From the NCBI RefSeq assembly GCF_036321535.1, contig NC_087436.1, positions 116,004,001 through 116,068,000 of the forward strand: DNA of 64,000 bases, in the 5' to 3' direction. Each line of letters starts with the position of its first letter. Position 1 is the first letter of the stretch. The position numbers and the translations under genes are program-made. Shown here one piece after another: positions 22,928-36,565 of this stretch. The stretch comes from Camelus dromedarius. Its lineage: Eukaryota. Below the pieces are notes generated by a model that worked only from the letters and a program-made list of their open reading frames with translations, was not told the DNA's origin and searched no databases.

Positions 22928-23139
22928 CACAGGTCAGCTAACTACAGCAGGCAGGGCAAATCCAACTGGCCACCTGTTTGCATAAAGGAAAGGTTCCGGG
23001 ACCCAGCCCCGCCCAGTCATTTACATTTTACCTGGGCTGTCTAAGTACCGCCAGGGCAGAGGTGAGTAGCTGCTACAGAGAGCTTGTGTCTGAAATATTT
23101 GCCATCTGGCTCTTTGTAGAGAAAGATTGCTGATCTCTG
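22928..23139 (+). mobile_element. MER58A hAT-Charlie DNA transposon
   Basis: gggcaaatccaactggccacctgttt...ggcagaggtgagtagctgctacagag...aaatatttgccatctggctctttgtagagaaagattgctgatctctg. Confidence 0.8.
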
Positions 23140-23199
23140 GTTTATATAACAGAGAGTTATTACTGTAATTATGAATATTGTCCCCATGACCACATGTGG

Positions 23200-23420
23200 A
23201 GAAACACCATGTTATAGTGGTCAAAGCATGGCTTTTGCAGCCAGCAGTCGCATGTTACGATGTCCTCTGTACCACTCTGGGAGATAGATGACTTCAGACA
23301 CACCCCATGACCTCTCTGGGCCTGTTTTTAAATAAAGATAAGAACATTTATCAACCAGTTTGACAGGCGGATGAAGTAAGGCTGCATTTGTAAGGTGTCT
23401 AATACGAAACAGCAACTTCT
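23200..23420 (+). mobile_element. MIR SINE
   Basis: tatagtggtcaaagcatggcttttgcagccag head and acctctctgggcctg core; diverged. Confidence 0.55.
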
Positions 23421-23944
23421 AAGCTTTTGTTAGTTTCTCTCCCCTCTGAATTCAAGGGCGTTTCTTTTTTATTTCTCACCTTGCTGCGCTCCTACGAGTG
23501 CCTCACACAGATCACAGTGTCAGTCTTTAGTTTGTTTCTGTTGATTTGGCAATTGATTCTCCTAATGGTAAATGACCAGACATATATGTTTGGCTAGCGC
23601 TGGATTAAACGTTAACTGGCTTCTTTGCTGCAGACCTTGTCAGAGCCTTTAGCGTCCTAAGGCACACTGTGCCTATCCAAGAATGGGACAGAGAATGCTC
23701 TGTTTCTAACTTATTTGACTTTGAAGTAGTTTTCAATGAAGACCTCGTAGCATCTCAAGGGTTTAATATTCCTGTTCCACAGAACAAGTACTGGAAATGC
23801 CAGTCTAGTGTAAATGCATTCACTTACAGAACTCTCAAGAGGACAAGTATTACCCTCACACTTGTGAGTAAAAGATCTAAGATTAGGACCCAGATCTCTC
23901 CATTCCTAGTTTGATTTTATAATCCATCCATAGGGATTCATTCA

Positions 23945-24170
23945 GACAGTAATGTGGTCAAAATCTGGCTCTCGAGTTGGAATTACCAAGTTTAAAGTCC
24001 GAGCCCACGATTTAACCTGAAGCAAGACAAGTGCTGTCTCTATGTCTGTTTCTTCACCTGTAAAATCAGGGCACTGGTACCACCTACCCTGGACTTGGTG
24101 TTAGAAGCAAATGTGTCAGTGTGTGCATGTAACCTAGGACCTAACGTATAGTGTGCCCTTGATTCATATT
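23945..24170 (+). mobile_element. MIR SINE
   Basis: gtggtcaaaatctggctctcgag...ctgtttcttcacctgtaaaatcaggg...cacctaccct. Confidence 0.65.
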
Positions 24171-24699
24171 AGCTGGATGTATTTACTGACTTATTAAAAA
24201 AATTATTTAGTATCTAGTATTTTTGTATGAGTCATACAAAAAAATAAAACCACTTTATAGCCGCAAAGTTCCCCAAAGTGTGTATAAAGGCCTCTTGGCT
24301 ACCTGAGCAGCTGCCTATCCTACATTCCATTCCTCGTGTGTGTTTTTATCTTAGTTAATTCTCTACACATAGTAAATTGCTGATGGTCCCAAACACTGTC
24401 TGCTGTCTCTGCGCCCTGAGGTTATTCATATGCTTTTCTTTGCATGAAGTGTTCCTCCCTTGCCACCTGCCTGACAAGCCCCTATTCACACGTCACTGTT
24501 CACTCCAAGTATCACCTCCTCCATGAAGCCCTCCCTGGCTGCCCCTGATTCATGGGCCCTTTGGTCCATCGTCCTGAGGCTCCTTGAAGCTCACAAAAGC
24601 AGTGGCTCTTTTTCTCCTACAGCCCCTTGTACTGCAGGACACAAAGTTGGCATAGATTCTCTTTTTGCTTCTCATGCTGCTGCAAGATACCATTTCTCC

Positions 24700-26790
24700 T
24701 GTCTGTCAATAAATCCACGAAAGCCCCACTAAAATACATGTCCTCGGATTATATCCACCCTACGTCCCTTTGTGGAAGTCATCAGCCACAATCCAGTCAT
24801 CCTTCTTCACTCACTGAAGACTTGACACTCAGTCACCATCTCTCTCTCCATCATTCCTCTGATCACCATTTTCGCTGATTTTAGTACAGCTGATGAGGGA
24901 TCCAATGGCCTGAGGCAGGGAGTCACTTGTCCAGCCTCACTTTCATTTCTTCCTCACCTTCTAACTCTGTTTTGAACCCACTGCAGTGAGGATTTTGTTC
25001 TCACCACTGCAATGATATGGTAGTTGTCAGAGTGACCCAGGCTAGCAGAGCTAACGATTCAAAATCAATCCCCATTTTAGAATCTCAGGACAAAGTGACA
25101 CATCTGTTCATCCTTCTTGAAACACGTTCTTACGTGATGCTCAGGAAAGCACAGTCTCTTGATTGTCTCTCGTGTTCTGAGAAGCCAGTCTGTTCTCTGC
25201 AGACTCCTTTGCTGTCTGCCCATCCTCCGTCACCTGTAAATACTGGTGTATTCTGGACTTGGCCCTTTGTCCCTCATCCCTCCTCTAACCATACATTTTT
25301 CCCAAGTAAGCAAGCCCACAGTTTTATATATCATATATGTACCCACAACTCTCATATTAATATCTTCAGCCTTGACCGCTTCCCAAGTTCCAGACTCGTA
25401 TATCCAACTACCTACCTATTAACTGATGGACCAGGTCAAAAACCTGTTCTTAACTCTCACATCCAGTCAAATAACAGGTCTCTCCAGTTACTTTCAAGAT
25501 GCATTGTGAGTTTGACTGTTTCTCATCTCCACCATGACTGCCTCAGTTCAAGCTCTCTTTGGACAATGCAACATTCTTCATTCTTGCCCCCCTCCTGTTT
25601 ATATTTGCTTTTATTCTTGTTTTTATTATTTTTATTGAAGCATAGTTGATTTACAGTGTTCTATAAAAGAAGCTAAATGTCCATTGACAGATGAACGGAG
25701 AAAGAACATTCCATACATTGCAATATTATTCAACCATAAAAGTATAATTAAATAATGCCATTTGCAGCAACATGGATGTACCTAGAGATCATCATACTAA
25801 GTGAAATAAGTGAGACAGAGAAAGATAAATAACATATGACATCATTGATATGTGGATTCTAAACAAAAAATACAAATGAACTTATTTACGAAACAGAAAT
25901 AGACTCACAGACACAGAAGATAAACTTATGCTTACCAAAAAGGAAAGGAGGAAGGGAGGGGTAAATTAGGAGTTTGGGATTAACAGATACACATCACTAT
26001 TAGATTAAATCACAAGGACCTACTGTATAGCACAGAGAACTATATTCAATATATTGTAATAATCTATGATGGAAAAGAATCTGAAAAAGAATATATCTGT
26101 GTGTGTGTGTGTGTGTGTCTGATATATCTGAATCACTTTACTACACATCTGAAACTAATACAACATTGCAAATCAAATATTCTTCCATATTTTCATTTTA
26201 ATATATAAATTAATTATGTCACACCCCCCCCTACTAAGAACTCTAATAAAAAAATACTCAGTAACATCATAAACAAAATTTAAGCTCTGTTAGTACGAAT
26301 GAGATCTTATATGGTCAGGACCCTGCTGGTATCTCCAGCTCCATTTCGTGCCGCACGCCCCACTCAGTCATGACGATGACTGAACATATTTCTGTTCCTA
26401 TAATTCACGAACACATTCCTGCCTCAGGACCTGATCACTCCCTCTTCTCTCCATCTCCTCCTTATTATTTACAAGTCTCTGAGCCATTGTTTGCAAATCT
26501 CTGATTGTCAAAGATTTCTCCTCAAAAAAGCCCTTCTTTCCTAAGAGAAGCAAACCGGTCCCCACCTCCCATTAGTCCCATCCCTTTACTCTCCTTTATT
26601 TTTCTTCATGGTGTTCATCGCCAAGTGTAATTACATCATGTATCTATTTGATTATTTATTGCTTACGAACTGCACTAAAATAAGTAAGTTCTATGAAAAA
26701 AACAGACATCATACCTTTTCAACTATGTTTACGTCAACAACTAGATTAGCTCATAGTAGGGGATCAATAAACATTTGTTGCATAAAAAGT
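24700..26790 (+). mobile_element. L2 LINE, interrupted by an L1 at ~25614-26186
   Basis: Pyrimidine-rich L2 sequence (ttccagactcgtatatccaactacctacc, cctgcctcaggacct) and 3' tail catagtaggggatcaataaacatttgttg. Confidence 0.7.
25614..26186. mobile_element. Cetartiodactyl-type L1 3' end with inversion (twin-priming structure)
   Basis: Minus-strand tail 25614-25660 (tttattgaagcatagttgatttacagtgtt) is joined to a plus-oriented L1 3' UTR at 25661-26186 (aaggacctactgtatagcacagagaactatattcaata). Confidence 0.85.
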
Positions 26791-28164
26791 AGTAACACCC
26801 AGCTGTGTGCCAACAACACCGACAATGCAGGTTATAGCACGTACAGTGTTTCATTGGGCATGACCTTTCTAATGCTTTTGTTTCTCACTTCACTGTGAGG
26901 ATGAGGGTTACGAGATGTTCATCCCTGGTGCCTTTGGCAGTTTATGGCATGAGTTAGATAATCACTAAATATTTCATAGATGAAATTACGTTTACTGATG
27001 GTTATGCTCTGTATCATTTGAGTCTCAGCAATGAGACGTTCAGGGAAGTTATTTCCACTTTGCAACAGAAGACAACTGCCAAGAAAAGATAAATATTCAA
27101 CTCATAATCATATATAAAATAGAGGGGAAGGGAGATGATAGGAAATGCCCGATGAAGCTGGAGATATAGGTTGCAGCCAGATGGGAAAGCCCCTGGAATA
27201 CCATCCTTGGAAATTTAGACTTTATCATGTAATACAATGCAAAACAGTTGCACAAATTACCAGTATAATAATCACATTTTCTTTCTTATACTAGATAAAA
27301 CTTCTGAATCTAAACTCTCCGTTTATGACATCCAAACAACCCACTCAGCTGAGGAACTGGCAAATCTCTCATCAGCTCTGTACTGTGTGGCTGGCCAAGC
27401 ACCTCCCTCATGTAATTCACATGAGACCCTCAGGGGTTCCCATCTGTACAAGGTGCAAAAATTAAATCAGACCAGAATATCTCCTTTTATAAACATCTAC
27501 TGATCATTGACTTATTCATCCGTTCATCCATCCCTACACCCATTTATCTTATTATTCACATTTATTGAGCACCTAGCATGTGCCAGGGATTGTACGAGAA
27601 GTTAAGTTTCAAAAATAGTTTATATATATATATATATAATATATATTAATAAATAACTATTTCAGAGGGTTAGAAATCTTTGTTCCTTAGCCCTAGCTGT
27701 CACTCCTACAGTGTTTTACAGTTTATAAAGATTTTTAGTACTACTGACTCGTTCATTATATGATATTTATGGAATGCTCACTATGAACTAAGCACACAGT
27801 AGGTATTAAAAATAAGTACAAACTTCCTGCTGTCTAGGAACAGGCTAACCTGTGTCAGGTGGGTGGGAAGGTAGGAGGAGCGGGCAGATATTAGCTTGCA
27901 GTATTCACAGCAGTATCAAGAGAGAGGTACCTTCACCGTCACCCACACTTCGCGGGAAGGACACTGAGAGTCTGGTTTAGCAGGGAGCCAAAGATGACTG
28001 CTTATAGATGACAACGCCAGAACACGACTATGATTTATCAGCTCCCTAATCTTATTGCTTTTCTTCTTCCCTCCTCTTTCCTTCCCAAACAATTCAATCC
28101 GGAAGCCACGAGGTGGGACAGAATGGCACTGGCATCCAGACCCACTTGGGAGAGCCATGACGGC

Positions 28165-28653
28165 CCAGAGCTGAGCTCTGGAGAAATGACTTGTCTCAGT
28201 TTCATGAGGTCTGAAGCCCCAGCAGAGGAAAAACGAAGGCTGGGGATGATCCAGTGCCTGAAGGCTGGAATCAGCTGAAGACTTACTCACCTGTAAAGGA
28301 CATTAATGAGACCTTGGGAGTTAATGCTTGCTGTCAGCTGGCATCTCACCTGCGGCTTTCAGACCGAATACCTACTCATGGCCACTTCGTATGGCCTCTC
28401 TGATGCCCCAGGGCATGGAGACTGAGTTCCAAGGGTGAGCATCCCAAACGCACCAGCAGGAAGCTACCTTGCTTTTATGAGCTGACTTTGGCGGATACAT
28501 TGCATCAGTCCCTTCCTGGTCACAGGAGCCCTGTGTCAAGGGAAGAGAACCACAGATCCCCCTCTCAGTAGGAGGGGAGTCTACAGCACACTGTAAGAAC
28601 AGCATGGCGGGGCAAGAACTCTCTGGAGCCATCGTGCGGAACACAAGCCTCAC
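28165..28653 (-). mobile_element. MLT1G/H-like MaLR LTR
   Basis: ggctggaatcagctgaagacttactcac...gctgtcagctgg...gagttccaagggtgagcatccc...tcaagggaagag; ends ...cctcaca. Confidence 0.7.
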
Positions 28654-28659
28654 AGACGC

Positions 28660-29100
28660 AGCGAGGAGAACACAGCATCAATTCTGAGATACTCCTGCTA
28701 AAAATGTATAATGTGAAACTAAACATGAGGCCATATTAGATAATCCAAATCGAGGCAAGTGTAAAAATAACTGGCCTGCAATCTTCAAAAGGGTCAAGAG
28801 CTTGAACTTTGAGGAAAGAATGACTTGTTCCAGGGGCAACATGTGATTCTGAATCATACCCTTTCACTTACAAAAGACATTATTGGAACGTTTGGAAAAC
28901 TGCAATGGAATTTGAAGATTAGATTGTAATAATGTATCAAGATTGCTTTCCTGATTTCAATGACATTGTTATCGTTTATATAGAAGAATATTCTTGTTTA
29001 GGGGAAATATATACCAACAGAACTCAGGGCAGACGCCCGTCAGTTCTTTCTTCTACATTGACAATTTTTCTGCAAGTTTGAGATTTTTCATTGAAAAAAT
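28660..29100 (+). mobile_element. Ancient L1 3' UTR (L1MC4/5-like)
   Basis: aataactggcctgcaatcttcaaaa, aaaagacattattggaac, ttagattgtaataatgtatcaa, gcaagtttgagattttt. Confidence 0.7.
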
Positions 29101-29337
29101 CCATTCTCCTTCTTTTTTTTTTTTTTTTTTGACTAACCAAAACAATAGCTGGGTGCCCAAAATCGTCAAGGAATTAAGTATTTTTCCTCAAACCACTTGG
29201 TATGATGTACCAAATCTCCCCTTCCCTTTGACTATGCAAAGACCAAAGAGAAGGGAATGATAAAATTAAAAATCTTAACGTGCATGTTTTCTATCAGATT
29301 TTTGGGGGTTTTTTTTGGAGTGGGGAGAGTTCAGTTT

Positions 29338-29371
<34 letters not shown>

Positions 29372-30153
29372 GGGAGAGAACTAGTGGCTGCCTTGTGTTC
29401 CTATAAGAAAGAACAGAACCTGCTTCCTAAATAATTCTCACTTTATATTGACTAAGATCACAGCAGGTAGTTTAGAATAATCAATCCATAATGTGCCATA
29501 ATAAGGTTTTGCTGAAGGATACACAGAGTCAGGAATTTTTAGCAATCTTTCTCTATTTGTTTCTGCATTCAGAAATTCTGCTATTGAAGTCAAGATTATA
29601 TTTGGACTTTCTCAACTGAAGAAAATTACCTTATAACTACAGATAAATCTGGTTCTTAAGTGTTCATTAAATTAACTGTTCTTATAAATTCACAGAATCT
29701 ACCAATTTTTAAAAAGGAAGAAGATATTATAAAGTAAGGCAGTTTGAAAAATTAAGCAATGATTTTTAAAGTTTCCATTTTAACACACTCATACATATGT
29801 ATACATATATATTTTTAATTCTTGTCTACATTAAACATCTTACAAGTATCGTATCACAACTAATTTTTATTTTTATTTTTTCACTTGACATTATATCAAA
29901 AATTGTTACCCATTTTGTATAGACTTGCCATAATTGTCACTTTTAGTGGCTAATAACAGACTGGTTTGCCCAGACTTCTCCCCCAACACAAATCTTACTC
30001 CTAATTCAAACCTTGCCTTCCCAGGTTACCCCTGACTCCCCTACAGTGGTCTCTCCTTCCTCTGAGCATTTGTAGTATTCAGTGTGCCTCTCCCAGTCGA
30101 CACTTGTCAGACGCTACTGGTGTTGGAAGATCTCTTCTCGCCATCTAGAGTTC

Positions 30154-30353
30154 TGCTGTCCAATCTGGTTCCCCCAGTTTCATGTGGCTGTATACATTTA
30201 AAATTAAATTTCAATTCAACTCAGGATGCTGCTCCTCAGTTACGCTCACCACATTTCCACTGCTCAGTGGCATGTGTGACTACTGCCTACTGTCTTGACA
30301 GTGTAGATTAAGAACAGCTCCCTCATCCCAGAAATTTCCAATGGGCAGAGCTG
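30154..30353 (-). mobile_element. MER3-like hAT-Charlie DNA transposon
   Basis: ctgctgtccaat...catgtggctg...ctcagttacgctcaccacatttccactgctcagtggcatgtgtgactac...agaaatttccaatgggcagagctg. Confidence 0.7.
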
Positions 30354-30429
30354 CTCTAGCCTGTGATCACCTCAAAGGCACAGATGTCAGTCCTGCAATT
30401 CCTGCAGGTAAAGGTGCATGAAAAGGCCA

Positions 30430-30950
30430 TTGTCATTCAAAGGGCAAATTGGTATACTTTTGAGAATAATCTGGTAATATTTAGTAAATTTGAAAATACA
30501 CAAGCTTCAAAATTTCACTTTTCCACTTCCATGTATGTACTCTAGAAACTCAAGCTCATACGTATAAAATGACATGTGCACCAATCTCACAGCAGTAATT
30601 GCTTATAAAGTAATGAGTCAAGAATAAAATCTGAATGTCCATCAATATTGATATGAATAAATAAAATAAAGACTATTCATGTGAGAAAACTATGCAGCAC
30701 TTAAATAAAATAATCACTCTTTGCATCAGCCTAGAAGATATTACAAATATACAATGATGGGTAAAAATATAAATTGTTGTAGGCAATGATATGCCATATT
30801 ATAAACATTAAAACACAGGTAAACAATATTATGGATTATGCACATATACAGAAAATGTAAAAATATACAGACATGGGTGGGGGAACATGCAACAAATTCA
30901 TGATATGAAAATTAAGGGACATAAATGATATTTGTTAAAATAATTATCAG
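30430..30950 (+). mobile_element. Ancient L1 (L1ME-like) 3' region
   Basis: gcaaattggtatacttttgagaataatctggtaatatttagtaaatttgaaaa and ctgaatgtccatcaata. Confidence 0.6.
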
Positions 30951-30999
30951 GATGACTTACACTAAAATTTTTTAATACAAAATGACTATTGAGTCCCAA

Positions 31000-31565
31000 G
31001 TATGAAATGCACAATGTGAGGAATATAGTTAATAATTATGTAATATTTTTGTATGGTGACAGGTGATAATTAGACTGATGGTGGTGATCATTTTGAAATA
31101 AATAGAAACACTGAATCACTATGTTGTATCACAGAAACTAACACAGTGTTGTAGGTCAATTATACTTCAGAAACAAACAAAAAAAACCTCATAGAAAACA
31201 GATCAGATTTGTAGCTACTAGAAGTGAGAATAGAGGAAAAGGGAATTGGATGAAGGCAATCAGAAGGAACAAAATTCCAATTACAAGTGCTAGGGATGTA
31301 ATGTGCAACATGATAAATATAATTAACACTGCTGCTTGTTACATATGAAGGTTCTTGAGAGAGTAAATCCTAGGAGTTCTCATCATAAGGGAAAAACATC
31401 TACCTTTTTTCTATTTCTTTAATTTTTTATCTACTTCAGATGCTGGATGTTCACTAAACTTATTGTGATAGTCATTTCATGGTGTATGTAAGTCAAATTA
31501 TGTTGTACACCTTAAATTTATACAGAGATGTATGTCAATTATAACTCAATAAAACTGGAAAAAAT
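31000..31565 (+). mobile_element. L1MB1/2-like 3' UTR
   Basis: gtgatcattttgaaat...ctgaatcactatgttgt...gatcagatttgt...gagagtaaatcctaggagttctcatca...gtcaattataactcaataaaactggaaaaa. Confidence 0.8.
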
Positions 31566-31629
31566 CAAGTGACTACAACAAAAATGTTATTGTTTGTTAG
31601 TTATGGATGGTGAGCAATTAGATACCTTT

Positions 31630-34215
31630 TCTTAATAAAAATACTTGACAAATAGAAATAGAAGGGAACTTACTCAACTCGCTAAATGGCATCTAAGAAA
31701 AACCCACAGCTGACATCATATTTAATGGTGAGAGACTGAATGTTTTCCCCTTGAGATCAGAAACAGGACAAAAAGAAATAAGTCTACTTTCATCACTTTT
31801 GTTCAATATCATACAAGACATTATAGCCTGAGTAATTAGACAAGAATATAAAAAGCATGCACCCAAATTGGAAAGGAAGAATTAAGACTACCTCTATTTA
31901 TAGGTGACATAATCTTGTGTATGGAAAACCCTACAAAATTGCTAAAAACAACAAGAACTAATAAATGAGATCACAAAAGCTGCGTGGTACAAGATTAGTA
32001 TACGTACATTAATTGTATTTCTACACGTTAATGACAGGTTTTCCGAAAACAAAATTAAGAAAGCAGCTAGCATCAAATAGAATAAAACACTTAGGTGCAC
32101 ATTTAACATTAGATGCAAGACTTGGGTACCGACAATAATGAAAAATCATTGAATGAAATTAAAGAATATTTAAATCAATGGAAGGACATCCATTGTCATG
32201 GAATGGAAGGCAATATTGTTAAAATGGCAATGCTCCCATATTGGTCTACATATTGAATGCAATTCCTATCAAAATCCCAGCTGCTTTGTTTTTGTTTTGT
32301 TTTGTTTTGTTTTCTGCAGAAATTGACAAGTCTACCCTGAAGTTCATGTGAAATTGCAAGATAGTAAGACTAGGAAGAGCAAACTTAAAAAAACAAAGTT
32401 GGAGGATTAATAATTCCTTATTTAGAAACTTAATACAAAGCTAAAGTAATCTACAACGTGTACTGCAGGCATAGGATAAACATATATGTCGATGGAGCCA
32501 AATTGAGAGTCCAGAAATAAGTCCTTACATTTATATTCAGTTGATTTTCAACAAAGGTATGGAAAAATTTAATGGAGAGAGAATAGGTTTTTCAACAGAT
32601 GGTTCTTAGACACATGCAAGGGAATAAAGTTAGATTCCTACCTCACAACACACATTAAAATTAACGTAAAATTTATTATAAGCCTAAATGAAAAAAGCAA
32701 CAACCATAAAATTATTAGAATAAAATAAAAACGTAACTCTTTGTGACTTAGTTAAGCTATGTTATTTTTTTTTTAGGTACTACGCAAGTGCAATAAATTA
32801 AAAAATTAAATTTATTATCATCAAAATTAAAGGCTTTTGTAATGCAAACCATACCACCAAGAAGTGAAAAGTCAACCCACAGGATGGGAGATAATATTTA
32901 CAAATCATATCTGATAAGGGACTCTTAAATAGAATATATAAAAGACTCCTAAAACTCATTAGGTAAAAGAAAAATAAAGTAATTTAAAAATGGGGATGGA
33001 TATGAGTAATTATTTTTCCAAAGAATATATACAAATATCCAATAACTACATGAAAATATTATTTACATTATGTTATGAAAAATGAATAAACAGAAACTTC
33101 AGTTAAAATAGGGTTGAGAGGCCAGAGGGGGGAGCTCTCATGTGCTGCAATGATAGCGGGGTCCAACAGGAAGAAGAAAGACTTTCTTTTCTTGCCTGGG
33201 AAGAGCTCAGCCAATAAAAGACTGTCACAACTCAGCCAACGAAAAGCCACAATACTTCAAGCTTGCGATTCCTTCAGTGCACTTTTTGTTTACAATAATC
33301 CTCTCAACTTCCTTTTTCCTTCTTCAAATGAGTTTTCCTCTCCCTGTGGCACAGACTTGCACATGACTCCCCGTGGTTGCAGGTCCCACATTGCAATTCT
33401 TTGCTGATCCTGAGTAAACACATTTTTGCTTGGGAAATAACTGACAGTCTTTTTGCTCTAGGTCAACAGTTATTAAAGATGCAAATCAAAGCAATAGATA
33501 CCATTTCACACCAATAAGCTAACTACAGTCAAAAAGACATGTTAACAAGTGTTGGTAAGGATGTGGAGGAACTGGAACCCTCATACGTTGCTGTTGGGAA
33601 TGTAAAATGGTGCAGCCACTGTAAAATACATTTGGTAGTTCTTCAAAATGGTAAACATAGTTATATGTGACCCAGCAATCCCCTCCTAGATATAGACCCA
33701 AGAGAAGAAAACAGATAGCTGCACAAATGCTTGTACACAGGTGTTCATAGCAGCAGTATTATTCATGATAGCCCAAAATTAGAAACAACCTGAATGTCCA
33801 TCAGCTGATGCATGGGTAAGTAAAAGGTGTTATATTCGTTTAGTAAAATGGTATGTGGCAATGAAAAGAAACAATGGGCTAATACATGCTACAGCATAGA
33901 TGAACCTTGGAAAAACCGTGCTAACTGAAAGCAGTCACCAAATACCGTATATTGGATTATCCCATTTCTATGAAATGCCCGAACTAAAAAGATGGAAAGT
34001 ACAGTAATGGTTGTCTAGTGCTGAGGAGGAGAAAATGGTAAATGACTCTTAATGGGTATAGGATCTGTTTTAGAAGGGACAAAAGCCTTCCAAAATTAGA
34101 TTGTGGTAATGGTTGCCCAGTGCTGTGAATATACTAAAATACTTTGAATAATAAACTTTAAATAAGTGAATTGTATGCTATGTTCATTACATTTCAATAG
34201 AACTGTTAAAAAAAA
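31630..34215 (+). mobile_element. L1MB-type LINE: degenerate ORF2 (RT and C-terminus) plus 3' UTR
   Basis: Translates to EKPTADIIFNGERLNVFPLRSETGQ and LFIGDIILCMENP (degenerate FADDMI motif), with many stops and frameshifts. 3' UTR ends aatagaactgttaaaaaaa. Interrupted by an LTR. Confidence 0.92.
33071..33468 (+). mobile_element. ERV1-class solo LTR (MER34-like) nested in L1
   Basis: TG...CA termini (tgttatgaaaaatg...ctaggtcaaca), ctcagccaa motif twice, attgcaattctttgctgatcctgagtaaac. L1 sequence is continuous across it. Confidence 0.8.
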
Positions 34216-35419
34216 AAGCTGTAGTGAGTGGCTGAAATGGATCATAGATCTTAATGAAAAGTAACAGATAAGTGGTCTGCTCTCATTGACAATAGATTAG
34301 TACAGTTAGGCGTTAAGAATTAACTAACCAAACGCGATAGTTTGGCAAACTTCTAACCCCTTAACATCCCTTCATCCCTCAAGTTTGGTTTAACTCAAAT
34401 CCCACTTCTTCCGTGATGTCTTCGGTGGCTCGTCCCTGTAGAGATAATTGCTCTTTCCATATTGCCTCAAGCCCATCTTTTACAGACCCAAGGTGTCCCT
34501 ACCACTTGTCCATCTGGCTACCTCCCCTGCTAGGTGGGAATCCTGCAGGTCTGACTCACTTGTATCCACAGAGAGTTTCTCAATAAATGGTTGTGCAGAA
34601 ACGGACAACTAGTGGTAGAAAATGTGTCCAATCAGCATCAACTAGACAGGAGGCCTGCTTTACTTCATGTGCACACTGTGTGATCAAAGAAATGCCGGTA
34701 ATGAAAGCCTTCCCACGTAAAATCCAGGTTTCTAGACCCTTGAATATTTGCAGAAAATTGAGGGTCTATTTCCGCATGTAAACACTCAGCTAGGTATTCA
34801 CTGTTACCTGTAAACTGCCACGACCTCTACCCTTCCTGTCCAAGGGCGTGCCCATTTAAGCGTTTTCTGCCTGGCCTATGCATGCATTGAATTATTGACT
34901 TCTACGTTAACCTGTTAAGTTATCATTCAGCTTTCAATGGAGAAAGAATTCTGTTTCATTTTATTGGAAGTACCTGTGAACTAAGACTGGCATTAGAACG
35001 GCCCCAGAGTTCCCAGATGACCTATGACTGGGGAAAGTGGATGAATCACCAGAACATTCACACTTATATTTACACATGCCAGTTTCAGGGCAGTAAGGCG
35101 CACCTTCCGCCTGTGGTTATCAAGCAATCTAGTCAATAATTTATCTAAATTTTTTACTTGGTAAAATTCCCATAAAGTGTTTTTGTTTTACTATTTGGTT
35201 CTGGTTTGTGTGTGTTTATTTTAATGCTCTGTGGGGTCTGCTGGGAAGTCCAGAAAATTTTCCCCAGGAGGTGGGCGGCCTCTAAGGTCATTCTCCGTCC
35301 ACGAATCCCTGCGCTTCGAGCTGACTCATTCCCTTTCTGCCACTGCACCTGTGACTCAACCACCCAGGACAAAGGAACAGAAAGTGACCCCATTCAGCCT
35401 TATGGCTTTAGGTACAGTC

Positions 35420-36565
35420 TGGAGGACGTGATGACTTCTATCACTGCTGACCTCTAAGTGTGTGTCTCCCAACTGGACCTCCACCCCACACTTTGGATCC
35501 ACTGGCTGTCTTGAACTTGAGCTCTTGATATTCCCCAAGCATAGTCCTCCTGTAGCCTTCCCCATCTCCCTGAGAGCAGCTCCACCCTCCCACTGCTCAG
35601 GCGAAAGCTTTGGCATCACCCTTGACTCTGCCTTATGCTCACTTCCCACATTTTGTGCATCTGCAAATCCTATTGGTTTACCTTTAAAGTACATCTAGAT
35701 CTGATCCCATCATCCTCCTCCTGTCCCACCTCCTGGTCCAAGTCAGTCTTGTCTGTTAATTGAAACTTGGGAAAAGCCTCCACGCTGGTCTTTCTGCTTC
35801 TGTCCCCCAAGTCCCTCTCAGTGTGTCCTCAAAACAGCAACCTGAATGAGTCTCAGGTTCTAAGAAGTGCGTCTCATCTCATGCCTCATGTGGCGGCTTC
35901 CTCATTTCTCTCAAACTACAAGCCAACAACCTTGAAGTGGCCTTTGAGGCCACAGATGACCCAAACTTCTGTCCCCTCCCTAGTCTCCTTTCTTATTGTA
36001 TGATACCCTTCACTCTAGCCCCCAGCCTCCTCGCATTCTGTGGAAACTGTGGAATGTTCCTTCCTCAGCTCTCTGCATGGCTAGAACCCTCTCTTCCTTC
36101 ACCTCTTTGCTCAGATTTCACTTTCTCTGCAAGACCTCTATGGACACCCTCCTTAAAATTGTTCTCCTGGTATTTCAGATCATCCTTACCTAATTTATTT
36201 TGGCTTAGCAGTTACCACTATCTCTATATTTTGTAACATATATGCACACACACACCCACGTATATATCATATGTATACATACATATGTATAGTTTTATTT
36301 CTACTTAGGAAATTATATATAAAATTTATTTTTATGTATATTTAATAAGTTATATATAAGCTATACACGAATGAATGTTTATATATTTGATTTAATCACA
36401 TATTTTACTATAGATTTTACTTATTCTCCATATCCCTTGTCTGCTTCACCCTCCCAGGATACATAAGAACCGTGAGGGCAGAAGTTTATGCCTGTCGTGT
36501 TTCCTGCTGAGCCCCCAAGGCTGAGAACAGGAGCTGGTACCTAAGAAGGCACTTGAGTCATTGAA
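35420..36565 (+). mobile_element. L2a-like LINE 3' region with internal AT-rich low-complexity tract (~36230-36430)
   Basis: ctttggcatcacccttgactc, gcaaatcctattgg, taagaaccgtgagggcagaag...tgtttcctgctgagcccccaaggctgagaacag. Confidence 0.8.

Noticed and set aside
25017..25649. Longest ORF in the track (210 aa)
   Set aside because: Lies within L2 fossil sequence and runs into an L1 tail. Composition is Ser/Leu/Pro/His-rich with no recognisable domain, so it is a chance frame.
35264..35280. CTCF-like motif ccaggaggtgggcg (similar ones near 19878 and 62255)
   Set aside because: Each has an indel or mismatches at core positions relative to the CTCF consensus.
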